A stretch of 32,156 nt of DNA from an uncultured Deinococcales bacterium (GTDB lineage: Bacteria > Deinococcota > Deinococci > Deinococcales > JAAFIG01), in assembly GCA_964244895.1 (NCBI GenBank), contig CAXTKV010000036.1:1-32156 (forward strand), given 5' to 3'. The position numbers and the translations under genes are program-made. Below, piece by piece: positions 18,920-27,779 of this stretch; within the stretch, counting starts at the first letter, position 1; every line of letters begins with the position of its first letter. The notes beneath the pieces were generated by a model that made no database searches, was not told the origin of the DNA, and saw nothing but the letters and a program-made list of their open reading frames with translations.

Positions 18920-19403
18920 CGTCCAGGACGGTCTTTTCACGCATAACCGCTCGGGTCGAACTCTTCCATTGCGTCCCCTAACACCTCCGAGACGAAGTCC
19001 CGAACCTCGCTCGCCTTCTCAATGAACGCACCGTCCACCCGGATGTCGTTCGTCTGGCCTTCGGTGATCTCGACATCGGTGTCCTCACCGAAGCGCCCTC
19101 GGATTTGAGGCTCGAGTACGGCCAACAGGTCGCGGCGGGCGGCGGTGCCGTCGAAGGTGGGCGCAGCGCTGCCTCTGGGCAGGGCGAACCTGATCGTGAT
19201 GCGTTTCTGCATTCGCGCCAGCGCGAGCCTGAGTTTACGCGATCATCGAAGCGCTTTGCCGCGCACCCTCGAGCCAGCCCGGAGGCGAGGGTATCCCAGG
19301 CAATCCGGGCAAGGCCGACGCCCACCACGGCTCAAGACGATTGAGCACGAGACGTCGTTTCCTGGCTCGCAAAGGACTAATTCTAGAAAGACCGTCCTAG
19401 ACG
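18920..19403. repeat. 17-bp inverted repeat pair (18920-18936 and 19387-19403) bracketing the 91-aa ORF
   Basis: CGTCCAGGACGGTCTTT versus AAAGACCGTCCTAGACG, 16/17 complementary. Confidence 0.7.
18937..19212 (-). CDS. Small acidic hypothetical protein, 91 aa
   Basis: Protein-like beta-alpha-beta-beta-alpha pattern; TAAACT upstream; GC-rich third codon positions. Confidence 0.6.
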   Translation of the reverse strand: MQKRITIRFALPRGSAAPTFDGTAARRDLLAVLEPQIRGRFGEDTDVEITEGQTNDIRVDGAFIEKASEVRDFVSEVLGDAMEEFDPSGYA

Positions 19404-19645
19404 GTGCTCCTTACAGGTCGAACACCACCGACCGACTGACCATCCCAATACCCCGATTGTTTTTCCACGGTTTGAAGCCGAACTTCGCGTACCAACCCGC
19501 CTACACAGCACGCCACGCCATTTGACCGATGATCCCGGCTGCCGACAATTTCTTACCGTCGGTAACCCGAACCTTAATTGTCATCACTTTCGACGCGAGG
19601 TCTACGGAGAGCAGGTGAGCGAGATCACGAGTCGACTCAACTGAC

Positions 19646-19662
19646 GCGACAGGATTTGTCGC
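19646..19662. promoter_or_regulatory. Palindromic candidate operator GCGACA-N5-TGTCGC
   Basis: Perfect 6-bp inverted repeat about 140 nt upstream of the peptide gene. Confidence 0.4.
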
Positions 19663-19801
19663 AGACCCGAGGGACGATTTGAGCGAGGAGGTGTTGCCCC
19701 TGGCTCACGCGGGTTTTGCTCGGTGTTCGGTCGTCGGTTTTTGTTCGAGGACGCGGCTCATCTGCCAGGACAGTCCGCGTCCCCACCTCAATGGAGGCAT
19801 C

Positions 19802-19951
19802 ATGCAGCGTACACGTTCGTTCGTGCACGTGGTCGTCGCGTTGAGCTTGTTCGCGATGGCCTTGATCGGTGGCGTCAGCGCCACTCAATCGGTTTCGGGC
19901 TCCATGATATTCGCAGGCGACAACCCCAAGGGCGGCAGCGGCGGCGGTTGA
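19802..19951 (+). CDS. 49-aa secreted pro-peptide, candidate signalling peptide
   Basis: GGAGG RBS 4 nt before ATG 19802; MQRTRSFVHVVVALSLFAMALIGGVSA (n/h/c signal regions) followed by TQSVSGSMIFAGDNPKGGSGGG; directly upstream of a TPR regulator. The track start at 19679 is too long. Confidence 0.75.
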   Translation: MQRTRSFVHVVVALSLFAMALIGGVSATQSVSGSMIFAGDNPKGGSGGG

Positions 19952-19994
19952 ACGGCGCAATCGTAGGGGTTGCGCAGTAAACTCAAACCTCAGC

Positions 19995-21701
19995 ATGGAG
20001 AAGCACAACACCAGCTCGCCAGCATCGCGCGTTTCCGTCTCGGAAGCGCGCGATGCTGTGCGGGGGCTGGTGGCTTTGAACCAGTTCGTTGCAGCTTTGC
20101 GGACGCTCCAGCTGGCACTCGCCTCTGCTCGGAACGTGCTCGAGTGCCAGGCGGTGGCCGAGCTCTTCGAGCTGGTTCCGGAGCGAGTGCGCTCGAGCGA
20201 CCCGAGCTGGGCGGTAGTGCAGGTCAAGGCGTTGTGTTTCGCGCGGCGACCCGAGACGCTCGAGCGGGTGGCCGGGGCGGCCCTCGAGCGTTGGGGTGAG
20301 TCGGCGGGTTCGGTGCGTCCCTACCAGGCCTGGGCGCTCGCGCGGCAGCGAGCGAGCGCCCAGGAGGCGCTCGAGGTGGCGGACGCTGTGATCGCGGCGC
20401 GCGCGGGGTTTCCGTCGTCTGAGATCGGGCTGGCCTGGCGCGCGCGGGCCGAGGCTTTGGCGTGGCTCGATATCCACGGCTGGCGCGAGGCGTTCGCGCG
20501 GGCGCGGGGCCTGCTGACGGGTCGCTCGTTAGGCACGTGCCTGATCGCGGAGGGGTTCCACCTGGATCGGCGAAACGAGTCGGTGGCGGCGCGGCGGGTT
20601 TGGTTGCAGGCGGCGGCCATCCTGCGCGACCCCTACTACGAAGCCTGGGTGCAGTACAACCTCGGCATCTCGTTCCTGAAAGAGGCTGCTCCAGAGGCCG
20701 AGGCGCACTTCTTGCGCCTGGAAGGTCTGACCCGGCGCGGCGTCGGAGCAGGATTCGCGGCGCGAGCTTGGTGCGGTCTCGGGGCGAGCCGCCGCGCGCT
20801 CGGCGAGTGGGATCGGGCGCAGGGTGCTTATGCGACGGCCATCCGCTTGGCTCACGAGGATGACGATGCGCTCGAGGCCTGGCGTGGGCTGGGGCACACC
20901 CTGCGTCTTGCTGGCGATTGGGCCAGGGCACTGGAAGCCCTGCACAAGGCCGTGGAAATGGATCGGAATTGGGTGACCGAAGGGCGTTCTTGGGTGATGG
21001 TCGATTTGGCCGCCGCTCGGCTCTCGATGGGCGATGAGCAGGGTGCACGCGAAGCGCTCGATCACGCCCGCGCCGAGGACCAGGATGACCGCGACCGCGA
21101 GCGCATCGTCCGGGCCGAGTTGCACCGCCGGGCGGGCGAAGCCGACGCCGCCCTGGAGACCATGGCCGGGGTCGAGCTCGGGACGCTCTGCGCCCGAGAA
21201 GAGCAGGCGTGCTTTCCAGCGGTCTTCGCGCTCCTTGAGGCACTGACGGGCCGGGCTCCAGCAGCGCTGAAGCGCACTTCGGGCACGGTGGTCGAGGTGC
21301 GAGCGATGGGTGTGTTGGAGGTTCGCGTCAACGCTCGACGCGTGCCGATCTCTCCGACGTCGATCGTCGGGGAATTGCTCGTGTTGCTGGTACACAACGG
21401 TGGCGCGCTCAGCACCGAGGTGCTGCTCGATGCCCTCTACGCCCACCAGGGTGTCGAGCGTCGCGCCAGACAGGCGCTCTCGAAGCAGGTACGCGCGTTG
21501 CGCGAGGCGCTCGGTTGGGTGGGCAGCGTGGTCGAGGTCGGCGGCGCGTACCGCCTGGACGCGGGCGCCACTTGGCGCTACGACGTGATCCAGGCGCGCG
21601 AGGCGGGCAGACCGGTGGCGCGCTTCCTCGACGGCGTGTACCGGGAGTGGGCGCTCGAAACGGCCCGGCAGCTCGAAACCAACCCGCGCGACCTCAACTA
21701 A
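19995..21701 (+). CDS. TPR-repeat transcriptional regulator with C-terminal SARP/OmpR-like winged helix
   Basis: TPR helices (AWVQYNLG, AWCGLGASRRALGEWDRAQGAY, AWRGLGHTLRLAGDWARALEAL); C-terminal VEVRAMGVLEVRVN..ELLVLL..EVLLDALY..LSKQVRALREALG..GAYRL..FLDGVYREW. Confidence 0.82.
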   Translation: MEKHNTSSPASRVSVSEARDAVRGLVALNQFVAALRTLQLALASARNVLECQAVAELFELVPERVRSSDPSWAVVQVKALCFARRPETLERVAGAALERWGESAGSVRPYQAWALARQRASAQEALEVADAVIAARAGFPSSEIGLAWRARAEALAWLDIHGWREAFARARGLLTGRSLGTCLIAEGFHLDRRNESVAARRVWLQAAAILRDPYYEAWVQYNLGISFLKEAAPEAEAHFLRLEGLTRRGVGAGFAARAWCGLGASRRALGEWDRAQGAYATAIRLAHEDDDALEAWRGLGHTLRLAGDWARALEALHKAVEMDRNWVTEGRSWVMVDLAAARLSMGDEQGAREALDHARAEDQDDRDRERIVRAELHRRAGEADAALETMAGVELGTLCAREEQACFPAVFALLEALTGRAPAALKRTSGTVVEVRAMGVLEVRVNARRVPISPTSIVGELLVLLVHNGGALSTEVLLDALYAHQGVERRARQALSKQVRALREALGWVGSVVEVGGAYRLDAGATWRYDVIQAREAGRPVARFLDGVYREWALETARQLETNPRDLN

Positions 21702-21810
21702 ATTTGAGTCGAACGAGCGCAAGTAAAATGCGTCCGTAAAGGGCGCAATGTCGTGTTGCGACACTGCGTCGTCACCTCTCCCGTAGCCTCATCCCAGAGA
21801 GGAGGACGAT

Positions 21811-22797
21811 GTGAGCGACGAGAATTTGGTGTGGAACAAAGCCAATCGGCTGAACGAACTCGAACGCCTGCTGCGGCTGAAACCCCACACGGCGACCGAG
21901 CTGGCGAACCGCTTCGGCGTCGAGTCTCGCACCATCCAGCGCTACCTCAAAGAATACGAGGTGAACAGGGGCGCCCTCGAGCGTCAAGGGCGCAAGTACG
22001 CTATCTCATCGCATCGCCCCGAGTTCCACCCCGTCCAAGCTCTGGCGGCGCACGCGGCGGTGCGGTTGCTCTACCACCACGCTCCCGGCTTCGACGCTGA
22101 TTACCTCGGTGCGCTGCACCACTTGGCCCAGCGCTTGCCGGAACCGGCGCGCGGCCTCGCCGAGCGCAGCACCGCCGTGCTCGAGACCCGCAAGGGTCAG
22201 CCGCGCCCGGACGTGCGCGAGGCCGCGAACTTGGCGCACGTCGCCCGCGCTTGGTTTGAGCGACTCGTGTTGAATTTCTATCACACCAAACCCGGCGAGG
22301 CCGAGGAGCAGCGCGCCATCGAGGTTTACGCCATTGAGATCTCGAGATCCAACCTGGCGATGTACGTGATCGGCTTCGAGCGCGTGAAAAGCAAGAGCAT
22401 CCGTACTTTCAAGCTCTCCCGAATGCGCCACCCCGCCGTCACGAGCGAAACCTACACCATCCCAGCCGAATTTGACCCGAGCGCATACCTGTCTGATGCC
22501 TGGGGCGTGATCGGCAGGAGCGACGGCGAAACCATTTCAGTCCAGTTGCGGTTCGCGCCGGAGGCCGCGTATCGGCTCGAGGAGGGCGGCTACCCGAACC
22601 TCGAAATTACAAAGCGCTACGAAGACGGGTCGCTCGCGGTCGAGGTCACAGCGGGCACGGATCACACGGGTTTACCGCGCGAATTGCTGCCGTGGATTCT
22701 CGGCTGGGGACCGCGGGTAGAAGTGGTCGGACCGCCGAGGGTGCGCGAGAAATGGCTCGACGAAGCCAAAGAGCTGCTCCGGCGATACGCGACCTGA
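21811..22797 (+). CDS. HTH-WYL-WCX transcriptional regulator
   Basis: GTG after GGAGG; HTH TATELANRFGVESRTIQRYL; WYL core MYVIG..IRTFKLSRM; WCX LLPWILGWGPRVEVVGP. Confidence 0.93.
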   Translation: MSDENLVWNKANRLNELERLLRLKPHTATELANRFGVESRTIQRYLKEYEVNRGALERQGRKYAISSHRPEFHPVQALAAHAAVRLLYHHAPGFDADYLGALHHLAQRLPEPARGLAERSTAVLETRKGQPRPDVREAANLAHVARAWFERLVLNFYHTKPGEAEEQRAIEVYAIEISRSNLAMYVIGFERVKSKSIRTFKLSRMRHPAVTSETYTIPAEFDPSAYLSDAWGVIGRSDGETISVQLRFAPEAAYRLEEGGYPNLEITKRYEDGSLAVEVTAGTDHTGLPRELLPWILGWGPRVEVVGPPRVREKWLDEAKELLRRYAT

Positions 22798-22914
22798 GCA
22801 CCTATCGGAAGACCTCAGCGGACGCGGACACACGTGTTATTTCTGGCTAGGTCGCCGAGTGGCTGTCATTAGAACGGGTCGCACGGCAATGGGCTGCCGG
22901 GGAAAGAGACTCAC

Positions 22915-25200
22915 ATGAAACCAGACCTCGCAGCGCACACCCCTCGGGATGCCACAGACCCCCACAGTCCTTGGCATGACCTCACTGAACACCTCGAGCG
23001 CGTGGCATCAATGGGGACGATCTTTGCGGCAAAGTTTGGCGGTGCAGCCATTGCGCTGCAAGCAGGTTGGTTGCACGATGCCGGAAAATGCAGCCACAAA
23101 TTTCAATCGTATCTTCTGGACGCATTCATCGCCAAGCGCGATGGGACAAACCCGCCCGAACGCGGCAAAGTCGATCACTCGAGTACAGGTGCGGTCCTCG
23201 CGGCAGAGTGGTTCGATCCAACCGGTGCCGATGGCCACAACCTTGAACTGGCCTTCGTGATCGCCGCGCATCACGGTGGACTCGACAGCGTCGGTGGACT
23301 CGAGGAACGCCTGCGCAAAAAACAAAATGATGACGTGGTCGAGGATGGCATCTTGCGGTACTTCGCCGCCTATCCCAAGATTGCCGATCAACTCGAGTCA
23401 GGAACCACACCGACCATGCCGCACTTCAGCCATCCTCGAGAACGAGAAGTGTTCGTTCGGTTTTTGCTCTCGAGCTTGGTGGACGCCGACCAACTGGACA
23501 CCGAATCGTTCGGCAGTCCGCGCAAGACGGCACAGCGCGAGGCGTACCGCGCCGGATTCGCGACGCCAAAAGAACTGCTGGTTCGCCTCGAGCGAAACCA
23601 GGCCGAATTGCAAAGCCATGCGCCGCCGACATCGCTCAACGCCGCCCGCAAAGAAATCTTTGAAGCCTGCCTCGAACAGGCGTCGCTCGCTCCAGGCTTC
23701 TACCGTTTGAGCGTCCCGACGGGCGGTGGCAAAACCCGCTCCTCACTCGCCTTCGCCCTCAAGCACGCCGTGACGCACGGCTTTGACCGCGTGATTTATG
23801 CGCTGCCCTTCCTGACCATCATCGACCAGACGGCCAAGGAGTACCGCACAATTCTGGGCGATGCCGAGGTGCTCGAGCATCACAGCGCCTTCAACCCGAA
23901 ACCGCAAACCGACGATGGAGCACAAACCGGAGACGACTGGTCGAGCCTCGCGAGCGAGAACTGGGAAGCACCGGTGATCGTGACCACCACCGTACAACTG
24001 CTGCACAGCCTGTTCGCGCGGCGCACCAGCCAGCTTCGCAAACTCCACAACATCTGTCGCTCCGTGATCGTTTTCGACGAAGCGCAATCGCTGCCCGTGC
24101 CACTGCTCGAGCCGATCTTGGACATGCTGCGCGAACTCGTGCGAGCCTACCAGGTCAGCATCGTGTTTTGCACGGCCACGCAACCTGCCTTTGAAGCCCT
24201 CAAGGTCGAAGGCATTACCGAGATCATCCCTGATCCAGCCCGCTACTACGCCACGCTCGAGCGCGTGAAGTACGATCCACTGCCCAGCGAACGTTGGGGT
24301 TGGGATCGGGTGGCCCGAGAGATGCTGGCGAGCAATCAAGCCCTGTGCATCCTCAACACCAAGAAGCAGGCTCGCGCCTTGTTTGAAGCCCTCGGCAACA
24401 AGGATGGCGCGTATCACTTGTCCACCAACATGTGCGGTGCGCATCGCCTGGACGTCCTCGAGACCATCCGGGCGCGACTGAAAGCCAGACAAGCCTGCTG
24501 GGTCGCCTCGACTCAATTGATCGAGGCCGGTGTGGACCTCGACTTCCCTCGAGCACTCCGCGCCATCGGGCCGCTCGATTCGATTGCGCAGGCGGCGGGA
24601 CGCTGCAACCGCGAGGGCGCGCTGCGTGATGAGTACGGCAACCTGACCCTCGGTCGCGTGACCGTCTTCCGCCCCGAGGAGGCCGGATCACCACAGGGTA
24701 TCTACGAAGTCGCCATGGGGATCGCCCAAGATTTTCTCGAGCAAGGCGCGGACTTCAACGATCCTGAAACGTTCAAGCGGTACTTCAAACGCCTGTACGC
24801 GCACACCAACACCGACGGCAAGGAGATTCAAAAGTACCGCAACGCGCTCGATTACCCGAAGGTCGAAGAACTCTTCAAACTCATCCCGGACGACACGCAA
24901 GCCGTGCTGATCCGAACCTACGATGCCGAGCCGGTGAACCAGATTCTCGAGGCGTTCGCTCGGGCCACCAGGCACTTCACCAGCCGCAAAGCGATCAAAG
25001 ATGTCTTCCGGGATTTGCAACCGTACTTCGTGAACATGTACGCCAAGAAATTCGAGCAGCTCAAAAACGATCCCAAAGGCTTGATCCGACCCGTCACGCA
25101 ATTCGTGGATGTCGGCATTGAACTCTACGAATGGAGCGGACAGTACAGCCCTCAATTTGGTGTGCTCGAGGCGACACAAGTCGAATCGTTTTTCTTCTGA
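22915..25200 (+). CDS. cas3: CRISPR-associated HD nuclease/helicase Cas3
   Basis: HD motifs EHL, LHDAGK, AHHGG, LVDAD; Walker A PTGGGKT; DEAQ; TAT; QAAGRCNR. Confidence 0.97.
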   Translation: MKPDLAAHTPRDATDPHSPWHDLTEHLERVASMGTIFAAKFGGAAIALQAGWLHDAGKCSHKFQSYLLDAFIAKRDGTNPPERGKVDHSSTGAVLAAEWFDPTGADGHNLELAFVIAAHHGGLDSVGGLEERLRKKQNDDVVEDGILRYFAAYPKIADQLESGTTPTMPHFSHPREREVFVRFLLSSLVDADQLDTESFGSPRKTAQREAYRAGFATPKELLVRLERNQAELQSHAPPTSLNAARKEIFEACLEQASLAPGFYRLSVPTGGGKTRSSLAFALKHAVTHGFDRVIYALPFLTIIDQTAKEYRTILGDAEVLEHHSAFNPKPQTDDGAQTGDDWSSLASENWEAPVIVTTTVQLLHSLFARRTSQLRKLHNICRSVIVFDEAQSLPVPLLEPILDMLRELVRAYQVSIVFCTATQPAFEALKVEGITEIIPDPARYYATLERVKYDPLPSERWGWDRVAREMLASNQALCILNTKKQARALFEALGNKDGAYHLSTNMCGAHRLDVLETIRARLKARQACWVASTQLIEAGVDLDFPRALRAIGPLDSIAQAAGRCNREGALRDEYGNLTLGRVTVFRPEEAGSPQGIYEVAMGIAQDFLEQGADFNDPETFKRYFKRLYAHTNTDGKEIQKYRNALDYPKVEELFKLIPDDTQAVLIRTYDAEPVNQILEAFARATRHFTSRKAIKDVFRDLQPYFVNMYAKKFEQLKNDPKGLIRPVTQFVDVGIELYEWSGQYSPQFGVLEATQVESFFF

Positions 25201-25215
25201 AGGAGGAGGTCGCGA

Positions 25216-25926
25216 ATGAATCTGGTTGAAGTCAAAGTCTGGGGCGAGTACGCCTGTTTCACCCGCCCGGAGAACAAGGTCGAGCGCGTCAGTTACGACG
25301 TGATGACACCGAGCGCGGCGCGAGGGGTGCTCGAGGGCATACTGTGGAAACCACGAATGCGCTATCGAGTGCGTGAAATTGCGGTGCTCAAACCCATCCG
25401 ACGGGCCAGCATCCTGCGGAACGAAATCAACACCGTGCAATCCGCCGGGACGGCGCAGCGTTGGCAGAAATCTGGCGGCGGGTACGCCAGCGACGAGGAC
25501 CGCGCCCAACGTCACGCGCTGGTGCTGCGCGACGTGGCCTACGTGATCCGCGCCGAAATTCAACTCACCACCATCGCCGATGCCGACGAATCGATCCAAA
25601 AATACCTGGCGATGTTCAAGCGTCGGGTCGAGCACGGTCAGTCATTCCGGCAGCCGTACCTGGGGACTCGAGAATTCAGCGCCCACTTCGCAGCGCCAGA
25701 GGCGACCGATACACCCATCGAACACTCAGATGAACTCGGACGGATGCTGCTGGACATCGCCTTCACGCCGCGCAAAAAGGGAACGCTCAAATACCTAACG
25801 CACGATGCGGCCCAAGCGCAAGTGACGCAAGGGCAGGCCACACCTATTTTCTTTCGGGCACGGCTCGAGAACGGCGTGCTTCGCGTGCCGGAGGATGAAT
25901 ACAAACGCCTCGAAGAGGTGAAGTGA
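25216..25926 (+). CDS. cas5c: Type I-C Cas5c (Cas5d)
   Basis: VWGEYACFTRPENKVERVSYDVMTPSAARG..WKP; QPYLGTREF. Confidence 0.96.
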   Translation: MNLVEVKVWGEYACFTRPENKVERVSYDVMTPSAARGVLEGILWKPRMRYRVREIAVLKPIRRASILRNEINTVQSAGTAQRWQKSGGGYASDEDRAQRHALVLRDVAYVIRAEIQLTTIADADESIQKYLAMFKRRVEHGQSFRQPYLGTREFSAHFAAPEATDTPIEHSDELGRMLLDIAFTPRKKGTLKYLTHDAAQAQVTQGQATPIFFRARLENGVLRVPEDEYKRLEEVK

Positions 25927-27779
25927 TGCTGCTCGAGCAACTGGTCGAGTATGGGCAACGCCTCGAGAAAAACGCGGACGAGGCAGGAACAGCGAGCCTG
26001 CCCTCTATGTATCAGGAGCAGCCAATCCGATGGATTCTTCATTTGGATTTGGACGGCAACCTGATCGGTGCACCGACACCGACCTCGGATGGAAGCGGCA
26101 AGAAAAACGACCGAGGTAAAAGGTACGCCACACCACACGTGATTCGCACGGTTGGCATCAAACCCAAGCTTCTTGCCGATAACGCCGAGTATGTGCTCGG
26201 TACACCAAACCTCGAGAAAAAACGCAGTGAAAAAGCGGATCCACTACGGTCGGCACTCGAGAAACACACCGCCTTCAAACTTGAGGTCGAAGCTTGTGCG
26301 GAAATCACTGGAGTCGAAGAGGTTCGCGCCGTTCAGAAATATCTGCAAGGCCTGACCGATGCCCCTTTCGTGCCACCCGAAGGTTTGAGCGCCGATGACA
26401 ACGTGAGTTTCAGTGTCAACGACGTGATGCCGTTCGCCGTACCTGCCGTGCAGACCTATTGGGCAGGTAAGTTCTCGAGTGCCGAAACTGGCAAGGAGGA
26501 TGGTTCCGCCCAAGAGGGCGCGTTCTGGGCCGAGTGCTTGATCTCAGGCGAGTTCGGCCCGGTGATGGAACGCGAACCCGTCAAAATCAAAGGCATCCCA
26601 GATGGACAGACATCAGGTATGAATCTCGTCAGTGCGAACGTCGCAGCGTTCGAGTCTTACGGATTGCACGCCTCGCAGATCGCGCCGATCAAACTTGCTC
26701 TGGCCGAAAAATACGCGAACGCGCTGAATGCTTTGTTGCGCGATCCATACACGCACCTTCGCGTCGGGCCGCTCGTGTACGCCTTCTGGACCCGCTCAGA
26801 ACCCATTCCAAATTTGGTCGAGACGCTCAAGAATCCCAAAGCAAACTCGAGGATCGCCGCCCGACGACGAGGCGAAACGCCAGCACCGCTCGAGGGCACT
26901 GCCAGGGCCGAAACCGTGCGTGACCAACTCAAAGGCATGTTCTCCGGCAAAGTGTTCGAGGTTCACAAACCCGATGCGTTCTATGGCGTGGCCCTGTCCG
27001 CAAGCGGTTCGCGGGTCGTGGTGCGCGAACACATCACCAGCACCGTGCAAGCCGTGGACGATGCGCTTTCGGATTTCTACCAGGCGCAAACCATGATCGA
27101 TGCTGAAGTCATGGGGGTGTTTGAACTTTCCGCCAGCCTCTACCGCGATGCCAGCAAAGAACTCGTCTCGAGCGTTCCAACAGCACTGATCGCCTTCGCG
27201 CTGCAACGCCGACCGTTGCCGCTCGCCTGGCTGGCGCAACTCGTGGGTCGTAATCGTGCCGAACAACGTTTGACGCGACCTCGAGCCGTGATGACCAAAT
27301 TGATTCTTGTCGCCAACACCTCACCCACGCAAAGGAGCCAATGCATGAACGAACTCAGCAAACTCAGCCCCACTCACGCCGATCCCGGCTATCAACTCGG
27401 CAGGTTGCTGGCCGCGCTCGAGAACTTGCAATACGACGCACTCGGCGACCTGAACACCACCCTCGTCGACCGATATTACGGCTCGCTTTCGAGCACACCT
27501 GTCGTGGCGTTCTCGAGATTGGTGGCGAACGCCCAAAACCACCTGTCCAAACTGCGCAAAGACCCAGGTAAGGCTGGCGCTGCAGTCAACAACGACAAAC
27601 TCTTGCAAGAGATCCTCGGACAGCTCGGCCCAAGCATTCCGAGCACCTTGACGCTTGAGAGCCAAGCCATGTTCGGGTTGGGGTTCTACCACCAACGCGC
27701 CGACCGTTTCGCCCAAATTGAGGCCGCCAAACTCGCCAAAGCCGAAAAAGCACACAACGCTCAAGGAGGCCAAGCATGA
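25926..27779 (+). CDS. cas8c: Type I-C large subunit Cas8c/Csd1
   Basis: DNAEYVLG, CLISGE, LVSAN..FESYG, YQLGRLLA.LE, FGLGFYHQ; lies between cas5c and cas7. Start is ATG 25926 (TGATG overlap) or GTG 25923. Confidence 0.95.
   Translation: MLLEQLVEYGQRLEKNADEAGTASLPSMYQEQPIRWILHLDLDGNLIGAPTPTSDGSGKKNDRGKRYATPHVIRTVGIKPKLLADNAEYVLGTPNLEKKRSEKADPLRSALEKHTAFKLEVEACAEITGVEEVRAVQKYLQGLTDAPFVPPEGLSADDNVSFSVNDVMPFAVPAVQTYWAGKFSSAETGKEDGSAQEGAFWAECLISGEFGPVMEREPVKIKGIPDGQTSGMNLVSANVAAFESYGLHASQIAPIKLALAEKYANALNALLRDPYTHLRVGPLVYAFWTRSEPIPNLVETLKNPKANSRIAARRRGETPAPLEGTARAETVRDQLKGMFSGKVFEVHKPDAFYGVALSASGSRVVVREHITSTVQAVDDALSDFYQAQTMIDAEVMGVFELSASLYRDASKELVSSVPTALIAFALQRRPLPLAWLAQLVGRNRAEQRLTRPRAVMTKLILVANTSPTQRSQCMNELSKLSPTHADPGYQLGRLLAALENLQYDALGDLNTTLVDRYYGSLSSTPVVAFSRLVANAQNHLSKLRKDPGKAGAAVNNDKLLQEILGQLGPSIPSTLTLESQAMFGLGFYHQRADRFAQIEAAKLAKAEKAHNAQGGQA
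27345..27779 (+). CDS. cas11c: Cas11c small subunit from an internal in-frame start within cas8c (144 aa)
   Basis: AAGGAG (27332-27337) lies 7 nt before in-frame ATG 27345 (MNELSKL..), just before the YQLGRLLA C-terminal domain. Confidence 0.7.
   Translation: MNELSKLSPTHADPGYQLGRLLAALENLQYDALGDLNTTLVDRYYGSLSSTPVVAFSRLVANAQNHLSKLRKDPGKAGAAVNNDKLLQEILGQLGPSIPSTLTLESQAMFGLGFYHQRADRFAQIEAAKLAKAEKAHNAQGGQA

Noticed and set aside
25494..25508. 14/15-nt match of spacer 10 to cas5c (possible self-targeting)
   Set aside because: The PAM-proximal first 5 nt mostly mismatch and there is no TTC PAM; consistent with chance.
25627..25637. GTCGAGCACGG in cas5c, identical to the first 11 nt of the repeat
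   Set aside because: No hairpin partner or 3' tail; lies in coding sequence (VEHG).
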